From the NCBI RefSeq assembly GCF_009914755.1, contig NC_060927.1: a stretch of DNA of 64,000 bases. One strand, given 5' to 3'. Positions 14,698 to 28,423 of the stretch are shown piece by piece. The stretch comes from the human T2T-CHM13v2.0 reference genome, Homo sapiens. A program made the position numbers and the translations under genes. The first letter of the stretch is position 1; the number at the start of each line of letters is the position of its first letter. The notes beneath the pieces are model-generated. The model saw nothing but the letters and a program-made list of their open reading frames with translations. It made no database searches and had not been told where the DNA came from.

Positions 14698-16106
14698 TAT
14701 AACCTTATAAAGTTTTCAATATTTTACTTACACGCACATAATAAAGTAAAAAATAATTTTCTATAAATATATAACAGCTATGAGTTTCTCAAAGACAGAA
14801 ACTATTATTCATCTTATTATCTATCACAGTGAACACAAAATAAAAACTATTTTTCTAGTTTGTTAGATTTTTAAAGATCTTGTTTCTGAAAGGAGAGAAA
14901 GGAACAGAGGAACTAACTGCTTTTAACATTACAGTTTGCTAAACACAGTGTTGTATACCTTCAGTGATCATCTTCAGTAATCCTACCAATTATATGTGGG
15001 CTGTGGAATGGAAACAACTTTTTATTATTAAAAAATTAAATGATTAACTAAGTTCATTTTTACTCAATAAGTGGTGGTAGACTATAAATTACAGCAAATT
15101 TGTAGAAATCACCCTCAGCTTCTTGTCATATTATATATCTCCCCCTGTTGGTTGAAATGTTTCAAAGTCTTTAGCCGTTGGCTTTTCCAAACTTACGTAT
15201 CTTTTTTTTGGATCCATCTTTATAATGGAGGTTTTCTCTATGTGATGTTATAAAAATTGTATACTTTCATCAAAGTCAAATGCAGTATAGAATTTGCCAA
15301 ATAACTAAAAACTTTGGAATCATATGCTTTAAAAGCACTTGATAGACTGACTGTAAGACATTTAACTGTGAAGAATTTTAAGATTTCTATATTGCTGTTA
15401 TATCCTGGTCTGAGGCAATGGCAGATTGTAAAATAATTATTAAAAACCAGAAAATGGACAACTAAGAACTAAGCAAGCATAAGATTAATATGAGATGAAG
15501 TATAACTAATGCTTTGGTGTATGGTTTTTACATTATCTTGGAACATGGGGAGAAAGTTTGAAAAAACTTTTTTAAATAAACACTTTCTCTTATTGGAAGT
15601 ATGTGTTTTGTTTTAAATATAAGTAAAATGTAATCATTGCAACAGGCTTTTATAGTAGAAAGAAAACTCGTAATTATATCACTACTTAAAATCTTTGAAT
15701 GCCATTTTTATTCATTCATTCATTTAACAAATTATTGTTTAGCATCTGTGTGCTCATTGTGATAGGTGAATAAGATGAAAAGGAATAGTTTCCCTCCTTG
15801 AGGAACTCATAGAAGTTAGAGACAGTATTTATATAAAATTATATCTTTCATTTTATTATGTGCTTGTAACACATATATGTGCTATATATTATATATATAT
15901 ATATACACACACATATATTACATATGAAATATTGCAAACATTTTATATGTCCAAGTAGGAAAATGCTTAGATAGGTATATATGTAGATATTTAAAATCTT
16001 TTTAAAGAATTGAATGATATAGGTACATACTGAAATATAATGTTAAATGAAATAAGATACAAAGTTGGGGCTCTCATATGATCCCAGTTATGTAAAAATA
16101 ATGTGT

Positions 16107-16540
16107 GTGCAATAGCAAAGACATGGAATCAACCTAAATGCCTGTCAGTGGCAGATTGGATAAAGAAAATGAGGTACATATACACCACAGAATACTATGT
16201 AGGCACAAAAAAGAAAGAGATCACGTCTTTTGCAGGAACATGGATAGAGCTGGAGGCCATTATCCTTAACAAACTAATACAGGAACAGAAAACCAAATAC
16301 TGCATATCCTTACTTATAAGTGGGAGCTAACTGGTGAGAACACATGGGCACAAGGGAACAACACACACTGGGGCATACTGGAGGATGGAGGGTGTGAGGA
16401 GGGAGAAGAGCAGAAAAAATAACTGTTGGGTACTAGACTTAGTACCTGAGTGACAAAATAATCTGTACAACAAACCTTTGTGACACAAGTTTACCTATAT
16501 AACAAACCTGCACATGTACCCCTGAACCTAAATGTTTAAA
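16107..16540 (+). mobile_element. L1PA(old)/L1PB 3' end
   Basis: gcaatagcaaagacatggaatcaacctaaatg ... aacaaacctgcacatgtacccctgaacctaaa; flanked by aatgtgtgt repeats. Confidence 0.88.
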
Positions 16541-16708
16541 TAAATGTGTGTATATATGTACTAAATAGGTAGTTAGGTGACAAGATGGAATCATTGATAG
16601 CTGCAGAAAGAAAAACCTGGAGGAATTGTAGATCAAAATTTAGTAATATTCTCGTGGTAGGATTTCTACTGATTTTTAATCATCTTTTTCTTTTCCATTT
16701 TTTAAATA

Positions 16709-17031
16709 TTTATTTTATTTTATTTTATTTTATTTTATTTATTTTTGAAACAGTGTCTCGCTCTGTTGCCCAGGCTGGAGTGCAGTGACGCGATCTTAGC
16801 TCACTGCAACCCCCGGACTCCCGGGTTCAAGCAATTCTCCTGCCTTAGCCTCCCAAGTAGATAGGATTATATGTGTGTGCCACCACACCCTGTTAATTTT
16901 TTTGTATTTTTAGTAGAGATGGGGTTTCACCATGTTTGCCAGGCTGTTATCAAACTCCTGACCTCAAGTGATCCGCCCACTTCAGCCTCCCAAAGTGCTG
17001 GGATTACAGGTGTGAGCCACCCCGCCCAGCC
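16709..17031 (-). mobile_element. AluS (Sx/Sz-like) with (TTTTA)n tail
   Basis: Full reverse-complement Alu; ctcctgacctcaagtgatcc. Confidence 0.93.
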
Positions 17032-17259
17032 TAATATTTCTTTTAAGAATGTGGATTGGTTTTGTGATTTTAAAAAGTATTTTCCATTATAGTGAACGGT
17101 ATTCTTGACCTTTTTTTAAATATTGCAGGAAGCTGAATTAATGATCATTTTAAATGGCTATGAATAGTCCAAGTGCATGTACTAGAACCTAACCATTCCC
17201 CAACCTTTCCATACTTGACTCCTTTCGTTGTTTTGCTGTTTCAAATACTGTATGGTACC

Positions 17260-18550
17260 TCATTACAAGTAAATTCACCAATTCAAAATCTAGTGGTTGA
17301 ATAGTTCATTGCTTTCTCCCCTTTGATACAATTTGCTAACTTGTCTTCCAGGACACTCCCCTCTCTTGGTTTACCTCCTACCTCACTATTCCCTCTGTCT
17401 CAGTCCCTTTTGCTAGTTTTTCCTCTTGTCCCAGTCTTCTTCCTGTTAGAGTGCCCCAGGACTTGCACTGTTCCTTCTCTACCTTACCTTTCGCTATCTA
17501 CCCTCACTCCCTTGGTGATCTCACCCAACCTCCTGGCTTTAAAGACTGTCTACATGCTGCTGACTGTCGGATTTATTTCTCTATCCCAGACTTCTTTCCT
17601 AAACTTCAGCTGCCTGTTCTACAGTTCCACCTGGATATTTAGTAGAAATCTCAAATTAATAATCAAGCTGAAAACTAAACTGCTAATCTTCCTGAAAGAA
17701 ACCTTTTCTACCAGCAGTCTTTCTCATCTCAGTTGATACAGTCCATCCTTCCAGTTGCTCAGGCCAGAAACCTTGGAATCAGCCGTGACTCCTCACATCT
17801 CCTCTCCCTTCGTCTTTCTTCACCTCCTTACTCACATCTCACCCCAACCCATCAGAACATTCTGAAGGCTTACCTTCAAAATACATCCAAAATCTGACCA
17901 TCTTTTCCTAGTTTTGTCTGAGCCAGTACCATCTCCTGCCTGGATTACTGCTATTTTATAGTCTGTTCTCACAAAAGCAGTCATAGTGTTCCTTTTTAAA
18001 TGTAAGTCAGATCATGTGACTCTTCTGCTTAACCCTGTAGTGGCTCACCATGTCACTCAGAGTCAAAGCCCATATGTCTATAACCATCTCTAGGATCTGC
18101 CCCCATCCCCCATCCCCAACCTTTCTTCTCTGCCCTGTTTGCTGTCCTTCCACCTCTAGCTCATCCTGCCCATACACTGACCTCCTTAGTTTTCCTTGAA
18201 CATACCATGTCTACTCCCACCTGGTCACTAGACCTAGCCCTTGTCTAACTCTTGAGTAACACCTTCAAGTCTGCTTAAATCACCTCCTCAATGGAGGCCT
18301 ACCTTAACTACTTAGTACGCACGCTGATCCTTCTTATTCTGTTCTGCTCTTCTGTTTTCATAATACATAATATTTTCTAGTATACTGTGTAATTTACTTT
18401 TTTATTATGTTCATTGCTTACCATCTCTCCCACTAGAATGTAAACTCTAGAGCAGGCATCTTTGTGTATTTTGTTCACTGATGGATCTCAAGCACCTAGA
18501 ACAGTATCTGTCATCTTGCAGGCCTTACTGTGTATTTGTCGACAGTTGAT
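17260..18550 (+). mobile_element. L2 (L2a-like), about 1.3 kb
   Basis: catccttccagttgctcaggccagaaaccttggaatca; ctagaatgtaaactc..ttgttcactg..agcacctagaacagt. Confidence 0.82.
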
Positions 18551-18583
18551 AGAGTAAACATTGTATACCCTTTGATTGAATTA

Positions 18584-18632
18584 CAGGTTGAATATCCCTA
18601 ATCCAAAAATTCAAAATCCAAAATGATCCAGA
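18584..18632. mobile_element. Tigger4/MER46-type terminal fragment
   Basis: TA + caggttgaatatccctaatccaaaaattcaaaatcc. Confidence 0.65.
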
Positions 18633-18815
18633 TTCTTGCCATTTTGAAAACATTTATTCATTACCTCATTCATAGCTGGAGTAGAGATAGCAAGAATTCT
18701 AAATTTTTTAAAGCTTAAGGACTGATAAGTGTTTTTAAAATGATATATAGCAAGAATATTGGACCATTCATATATACAAATGGTTGATTTTTGTTTCATG
18801 TGTAAGAATGGTGCA

Positions 18816-19249
<434 letters not shown>

Positions 19250-19360
19250 TTAATTTGTGTTATCTAATTACCTTTAAATGGGAACTGTTTGGGGGAGGGA
19301 CTAGAAGTTCCAAAGGGAGATTATGTAAATAAGCAGCCCATCATGGGAAAGGGTTAATTT

Positions 19361-20312
19361 TGTTGTGTTTTGTTTGTTTTGTTTTGTTTACATTTAGTGG
19401 TTTATTATATCACTTCAGAATCATTCAGTGCAAGCTAGAGTGTTTAGTGGTCAACCCAGAACTGCTTACTTTTCTGATTGGTTTATCATATCCTTTATAA
19501 TAAACCACTAAATGTAAACAAAGCATACAGATGAAGAGATGCTCAGGGCCAGATACTGGGGAAGGGTTGTGGAGCTTCCGTGCTCTCCCTGGGCGTGCCA
19601 CTCTCCAGAAACCTCTGGAAGCCCTCCCATCCCATTTCTCTTGGTTTTTTTATGGAAGCTTCATGACATCAGCTTTCTTTACTCCAGAGTATAGGGCAGG
19701 AAGGACCCTCTCTGGGGATGGCCTTAAGACCCACAATTAGAAAGGTGGGGGAAGAGTAGAGTCCTACCTTGGGGTGAAAGGAGGGCAGGAGAAGGTCAGA
19801 AGCCTGCTCCTGAGGCTGAACACACCCAACATTATAACAAAAGACTGTAACAAGGGCTATGGGAGTTATGAGCCAGGGACCACGGATGAAAACTAATGTA
19901 TGTATCATAACATCACAGGCCATCCCCTAGTTTTCAAACACAAATCCCTTACATCAAAAGAATATACAATTCAGAAGATATTGCCACATTACTAGAATCC
20001 CATTCAGTTGTTAATAATTAGTCCAGTCTATCATAGTGGATAAGTATCTCTCAGAGTAAGGTCACTCAGGTTTGCAGGCTTCTTACCAGTCCTCTCAGAT
20101 TCCAAAAGCAGCTGTGGTCTCAGCAAACAGACAGCTTCACTCTTTCAGGCATCTGGTATTATTGAGCTAAGAGACAATGTAATCTCTTGCTCTGAGCCTC
20201 TTTCAAGGTGTTAATGTAATGTTAGATTTCCCTCAACTTGTAACCCATTTATTCATTCATTTACCCTCAGCTATTATTTCTCCTTTTCTCCATTAATACC
20301 CAAACTTTTCCA
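19361..20312 (-). mobile_element. MER21-like LTR plus adjacent ERV internal 3' sequence, with tail and 15-bp TSD
   Basis: Minus strand reads internal sequence, purine-rich ggggatggcc, LTR start tgtgatgttatgatacatac (about 19917), AATAAA, then an A-rich tail; ggaaagggttaattt at 19346-19360 and 20313-20327. Confidence 0.75.
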
Positions 20313-22091
20313 GGAAAGGGTTAATTTAAAAGCACTTTGCATTTCATCTGCTAGTAATTTGTGGCAGCAGCAAGTGAGGATGAAACAAATCCCATGAAAT
20401 GATATCAGAATAATTTAGTAAGATTATTTGTGTTTTTGCATTTCTTTTTCTGATAATACTAGGTAGTAATATTAAAAGGAAACATAGCTGCTTTTTTGCA
20501 CTCCTTATACATTTAAACCGACGATGCTTAGTAAGTCTAGAATATGAAAAATGTTTTATATGATGTTTAACAAGTATAAGTGCTATGCTCTTCTTCACTT
20601 CAGAATCATTCAGTGCAAGCTGGGGTGTTTAGTGGTCAATCCAGAACCGCTTACTTACTTTTCTGATTTTTATTTTTCTTGGTTGTTTCAGATTGTTTTC
20701 CCTCAATATTTGGGTTAATGAATGGCTCCTAAATGAAAGGCTTTGTGTCAGTTCAAAGACATGCTGATAGGATATGATTACGTTGTTACTCATGAGCGTT
20801 AACCTTATTTGGAATCAATCTTGGAATCAGCTCTTGAGTTTCTAATCGCATTTGACATTCTACCTCTTTTCTGGGGACATGTTCAGTTTATACTGGCTGC
20901 ATGAAATAAGTCACTATAACAGAAAGAGTTGAGCATTTTTTAATGAAATCCTCAAGACAAGCCAGCAAAAATACCATACATTCACATTGATTCACATTTT
21001 TAATAAGCATTAACATAGGAGCATGTTCAGTAAACACTGTAGCAAGATCTTTGTATGTGTACGATCCCTGCTGAATAACTATGCCTAGGTTTATTTTGAT
21101 TTTTATAGGGAAATAGTGAGAAATGTGTGGATACATAGTCTGAGTTGCATTAATATGTAAAGGAAAATAGCAGTTATATTACTTCAGCCCCTAGAATGGT
21201 TAAAAAAATGAACCATGTTCTCTACTAAAACAACCTGACCAAACTGATGAATTATCTTTTAATCTGAAGTTGTCATTATATCCCAATTTTACATGCCAGT
21301 GTGAGCTAAAAGTATTTCTGTTTATTGTTAGAAGCAACACTGAGTGAAAAAGAGCTATTTTATAGCTCCTAAAATAGTTTTCATATTGATTTGGACTATC
21401 CATGGAGTGTACTCCAAATATGACTGTATTGGTTCTCCTTGCTTCATTGCAATTTTTTACAGTGTTTGGGTTTGCAGGTGTCTTCATAAATGGTTCAGAT
21501 TCTGTTTGGTTTGGATAATTGTGTATGCATATTTCAGAAAACTATAAGGAATAGCAACAAAATAATTGCTTTTTAACTTTTCCATAGAAGATTCTTATTT
21601 TGCTACCACTAAGAAGATCAATTTCCTTTCTAGTTATTCCTTGTCGTTTTATATCTCCTTTATGGAGAGAAATTCAAACAGCAAGAAGACCTGTGCTTCA
21701 AGAAGTATGCAATGCAAGTAGTCAAGTTATACTGTGCGATCTTGCCTAGAAAAAGCACTAACATACCTTGTACTTTGTATTTTATAATTCAGTATAATTG
21801 TGCAGAATTCATCCATTTATATGCAAATCATACTACAGTTTATGTTTACGTTGTGTTCTAATTCTTTATTTTCCCTTTCAAAGCTGTTTATTAACTTTGC
21901 TTTAAAATTTTAAAATTTCATCTTCTGCCACACATTTTTAAATCGCTGCTTACTCTTTGATTTTGCTGAATTTTATGTTTAAAATTTTGAAACTAGTGGC
22001 TTTGTGACTGTATTTACATGCATAATCATTTTTCTGAGCCACTAATCTTAAAGCAGGTATTTGTTGTTACAGTAACTAACATCATGATTAG

Positions 22092-22490
<399 letters not shown>

Positions 22491-22577
22491 TAAGTACCTT
22501 CTGCTGAAGATGCCATTTCAGAATTGAAGAGTTTTTAATATATTCAGTGCTTTATGGTTATTTTCTTTTTTTCCTAG

Positions 22578-22642
22578 ACCTCTGGGGCCGGAGAGTCTCC
22601 TGCTTCGTGGAGCCAGATTAAAAAACACAAAAGAAATTTTTG
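22578..22642 (+). CDS. ATP11B: ATP11B coding exon (~9), 65 nt, phase 2-1
   Basis: ttcctag|...TTG|gtttgt; (R)PLGPESLLLRGARLKNTKEIF(G); LLLRG..LKNT motif. Confidence 0.96.
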
Positions 22643-23094
22643 GTTTGTACATATTTAAACATTTTAAATTATTGATTTGTGTTGATGCTTTATATGAAGT
22701 ACTTTTAAAAGTACAATGTGGTCTTTTGGTTAGATAATTTATTAATTATTTGTCATTTATGATAATTTTCTTATAAAGTTTGTATTACAGTAGTCGTGTA
22801 TTGAACTTTTGTTTTGTTGATGATCCCTGTTTTTTAATAGTAGACTAGAACCTTGATCTTATGTTATCTTTACGGATACTTGTGAAACTGAGTGCAGATA
22901 ATTTATATAACACTTCTAGTAATGGTGGGTGAGAACCAATATAATATGGTATCATGGTACAGTAAACCACTTCTATAATTTCATTATGATTATTAGATTG
23001 GATTAATAACTGCAGATTTATCCATTCATACATTCATTCAACAAATTTACTGATATCTGAATATATACTAGGTACTATTGGAACATACACTGAT

Positions 23095-23177
23095 TGGATT
23101 AAAAGGATGAATAAGTACTGCTCTTGCCTTGGAGATGGATCAAAAGGATGAATAAGTACTGCTCTTGTCTTGGAGAT
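23095..23177 (+). repeat. 2 x 41-bp tandem duplication in an L2 remnant
   Basis: tggat(t/c)aaaaggatgaataagtactgctcttg(c/t)cttggaga twice. Confidence 0.92.
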
Positions 23178-23419
23178 CTAAATTAATACAGTACACTCTG
23201 AGTCAACTATAAGCAAATTGTGAAGTTGATGATAACCTTTAGCTGTTAGCTAGCTCCTCACATTTCAGGAATGGCCCTTAGTATCTTGGCCCACTGTGTT
23301 ACCCACTGGCTGTCTGCAGCTTGTGAGATCTTCTTTCCCATTTGCTCTTTTTCTGTTACCTGTACTATATCTTATCTCTCAGTGTTAGACTCTCTGATAA
23401 AGAAGTCCATATGTCGAGA

Positions 23420-24085
23420 AAAAAAAAAAAACACAAAATAGCAAGTGTTGGTGAGGATGTGGAGAAATTGGAACCCTTGTACATTGCTGATGGGAATGTA
23501 AAACGTTGCAGCTGCTGCCTTGAAAAATAGTTTTGGCAGTTCTTCAATAAGTTAAATATAGAATTATATGACTTAATGATCCCACACTACATATATACCC
23601 AAAGTAACTGAAAATGAGTGTTCAAACGAAAACTTCTACAAGAATGTTCATAGCAGCACTATTCATGATAGCCAAAGGTTGGAAATAGCCCAATGTTCAT
23701 TAGATAATGAATGAATAAGCAAAATATGGTATATCCATATAATGGAATATTATTCAGCTATAAAAAGGAATGAAGTATTAATGCATGCTACAGTATGGAT
23801 GAACCCTGAAAATACTATGTTGAGTGAAAGAAGCCAGACACAAAAGGCCACATGTTGTATGATTCCATTTATTTGAAATACCCAGAATAGGCAAATTCAT
23901 AGAGACTGAAAACAGATTAGTGGTTTCCAGGGGCTGGGGAGTAGAGGAGAATGGAGAATGTTTGCTTAATGGGTACAGGGTTTTCTTTGGGGGTGATGAA
24001 AATTCAAAATTATAAACGTACTAAGTGCCACTGAATTATACACTTTAAACTGGTAAATACATATGTTTTTCCACAATTAAAAAGA
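23420..24085 (+). mobile_element. L1MB-like 3' end
   Basis: caagtgttggtgaggatgtggagaaattggaaccct; agtgaaagaagccagacacaaaaggccaca. Confidence 0.88.
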
Positions 24086-24154
24086 AATCTGTAAAAATAT
24101 TCTAATAGCAGAAACCAGAGTAAACCTTGAGGGCTTTTAGATCCTCTAATATAA

Positions 24155-24543
<389 letters not shown>

Positions 24544-24784
24544 TAAAAGAAAATGTGAATTTGAATGCCTTTAGATGGGTCTGTCTTCTGTTGTTTTGCC
24601 TCAGTACCACCTCTCCCTATTGGATCATTCTGGCTATTTTACCACGTTTCTATAATCTCTATTTGAGTTATAATACCCTGCCTTTAAGGAATAAGTCAAG
24701 ATAAAACTTCCAGGACAAATATTTAGGAAGAGGGCATGAAAGGTTCTATATTGCTTTTCAAATTGTACTATTTAGGGATGGGAA

Positions 24785-24970
24785 TGAATATTTATTGATC
24801 ATCTCTCAGTTTTTAGGCATTTTGTTAATTTGTCATACAGACCTCACAACTCTATGAGGTATTTTTTCCCATTTAAAGATGGGAAGATTGAGACTCACAG
24901 AAATTACTTACCCGAGGATGTAGAACTAATAAGTGGCAGAGCTAGAATTCAAACCAAGGTCTAGCTGCAA
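24785..24970 (-). mobile_element. MIR
   Basis: ccatttaaagatgggaagattgagactcacagaaatt..aagtggcagagctagaattcaaacc. Confidence 0.78.
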
Positions 24971-25570
24971 AGTTTTTTGATAAGCTGGTCTCACCTAATT
25001 CCATTTGTTGTCCAGTTTTAGTCCCATTACTACTGTCATCCTTGCTCATCTCAAAGTCATTCAATAGGCGCACATTTTTTAAATAGCACTTTCCATGTGC
25101 TTACTTGATTTACTCTGACAGACTTCCATGTTATCTCTCCAATGGTTATGGAATAATGTCTAGACCCCCGATTCCAGCATTCAGGGCTTTTCACACTGTG
25201 GCCATAGTCCATTGTCCCAACCTAACAGAAAGTGCTTTTCCATATCTGTCTTTCTTAACACTGCTGTATTTGTAATGGCCTTCCCTGACACTTTTATCTT
25301 TCCAGATTCTTTTCCTCTATCAATTCCAATTCAAGTAATAAATTTTTCATTCAGGTATCTGTTACAACTCAGGAACAGGACTCCATGCCCTCCCCCATTT
25401 AGCCAGTTGAGTGACTGGGGCTTCCCAAAATTGGACTCAGAAAGCCTTTTAGTACTCTGAAAATACTTAAAGAAAAGCAAAATTATAACAACTGTCAGAC
25501 AGTACACTAAAAGCTTTCATGCTGGTAAATATATTTATTTCTTGTGAAACATGCTAGAGGATTATTTTAA

Positions 25571-25678
<108 letters not shown>

Positions 25679-27310
25679 TAAGAAAACTGTTTTCATTTAT
25701 TTATATGTAATTATAACTCTACATTTTTTATTCGTTTGGTATAAAATATTATATATATAATATATATTAAGTAAACAGAATGAAAACCTTGGGGACAGTG
25801 ATAGTTTCTTATATTTTTACATACAAGTAACATTTTGCACAGTATTGGACATGTAGTAAATGCTCTATAGTATGACTTTTAAAATAAATACTATTGAATA
25901 AATGGTGGAATCACTTAATCACACTAACGCAGATAACAGTTCTAAAACTGAAAAAAAAATTTAAATAAACAACTATTTGAAAACATTGGAGACAAACCAG
26001 AATCGAATAGAAATGGGCAAGGAGTGTAATCCTGAAAGATGATAGCAGCAAGGGGGAAAATTTAAGAGTATAGCTTTTTGCCTGAGGGCACTCCCCAGTT
26101 TATGTGCTGCTTGGGACATCAAAAAGTCTGAACTTTACTGGATAGAAGTATCAGAGGACAAGGTTAATAGCTGGAAGAGCAGCTGGAAAGTTAGGGGAAA
26201 ATAATGTAAGGGGATTAGCATTAATTCCCTTCTGTAAGCAATGAGATGTAAGCTACAGAATGGAATTAACTCTAAAAACTGCACATAAATTCTGCCCAGG
26301 TCCTTGGCTGACTGCTAGAACTATACATGTGCAAGGGAGACAAAAGAACTCAACAGAATTTTACTGCTGCCCATTGCATTGGAGACACAGTTTGTTGAAC
26401 TAGGTGAAGTTAACTTCCTACTGGAATAAAAATAGCACTCTTCTGAGGAACATAAAAGAATACAGACTGTCTACAATGTATTATTATAAAGTCCAGTCTG
26501 CAATAAAAAATAAGCAGAATATGAAGAAAATGTAATTCATCCATAAGATAAAAAGCACTCAATAGAAACTGTCTCCAAAATGATCCAGATCTTGCATTTA
26601 GCAGACGAGAACTTTAAAGCAGATATTATAAATTTATTATAAACATGTTTAAGGGCCTAAAGGAAAATTTGAATGAACATATGGGAAAACACAGCAGAGA
26701 AATGAAAACTCTTGACTTGAAAAACATAATTGCTAAAATGGAAACATCATTAGGTGGGTCTCAACACCAGACTGAATAAATCAGACCAGTGAACTTGAAG
26801 AAAACACAAATTACTCAGTCGAAGAATGGAGAGGAAAAAAGATTAGGAAAAATGAACAGAGCTTCAGAGCCATGTGGGATAATATTAAGCTGTTTGGCAT
26901 ATGTGTAATTGATTCCCAAAAAAAGAGAAAAAAGGACAGAATAAAAATATTTGAAAAAATAATGACTGAAAATTTCTAAAATTTGAGGAAGAAACTTCAG
27001 CCTACGCTACCAAGATCAGCAAACTCTAAGCAGGAAAAATATAAAGAAATATAAAGAAACCCACACCAAAGCACATCATGGTCAAAATACTAGAATCCAA
27101 AGAAAAAGAAAATATTTCATGGAGCCGAAGAGAAATGCATCACATGTAAATGAATAACAATATAAGCGATAACCAGTTCTCATCAGAAACAACGGAGGAC
27201 ATTGGGGAAAGGACATCCTCTTCAGGAAATGATGCTGGGAAAATTGGATAGCTACATGCAGAAGAATGAAACTGGATCCCTATCTTTCACCATATAAATA
27301 ATCAACTCAA

Positions 27311-27739
<429 letters not shown>

Positions 27740-28138
27740 TTATACGTGGTTGGTGGGCATGTAAGTTAGGATAGCCACTATGGAAAATAGCCTGGAGATG
27801 TCTCAAAAAACTAAAAACGTAATTACCATATGATCCAACAATCCCACTACTGGGTTTTATCCAAAGAAAAAGAAATCAGTATATCAAAGGAATATCTGCA
27901 CTTGCATGTTTATTGCAGCACTATTCATAATAGCAAAGATAAGGATTCAATCTAACGGTCCATCAGCAGACGGATGGATAAAAAAATGTATACATACCTA
28001 AAAAAAAAGGTATACATACCCACACAATGGAATACTATTTGGCCATAAGAAGAATGAAATCGTGTCATTAGCAGCAACATGGATGTAACTGAAGATCATT
28101 ATGTTAAGTGATACAAGCAAGCACAGAAAGACACTTCA

Positions 28139-28423
28139 TTAGTGGCACACACCCGTAATCCCAGCACTTTGGGAGGCTGAGGTGGGTGGATCACTTGAAG
28201 TCAGGAGTTCAAGGCCAATCTAGTCAACATGGCAAAACCCTGTCTCTACTAAATATGCAAAATTAGCTGGGTGTGGTAGTGTGCGCCTGTAGTCCCAGCT
28301 GCCTGGGAGGCTGAAGCAGAGAATTGCTTGAACCCAGGAGGCAGAGGTTTCAGTGAGCCGAGATCGCACCACTGAACTCCAGCCTGGGTGACAGAGCGAG
28401 ACTCCATCTCAAAAAATAAAAAA
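28139..28423 (+). mobile_element. AluS, slightly 5'-truncated
   Basis: Dimeric Alu with A tail. Confidence 0.9.

Noticed and set aside
21463-21477. Possible 15-nt microexon (ttttacag|TGTTTGGGTTTGCAG|gtgtct)
   Set aside because: It would preserve frame, but the donor is very poor and there is no other support
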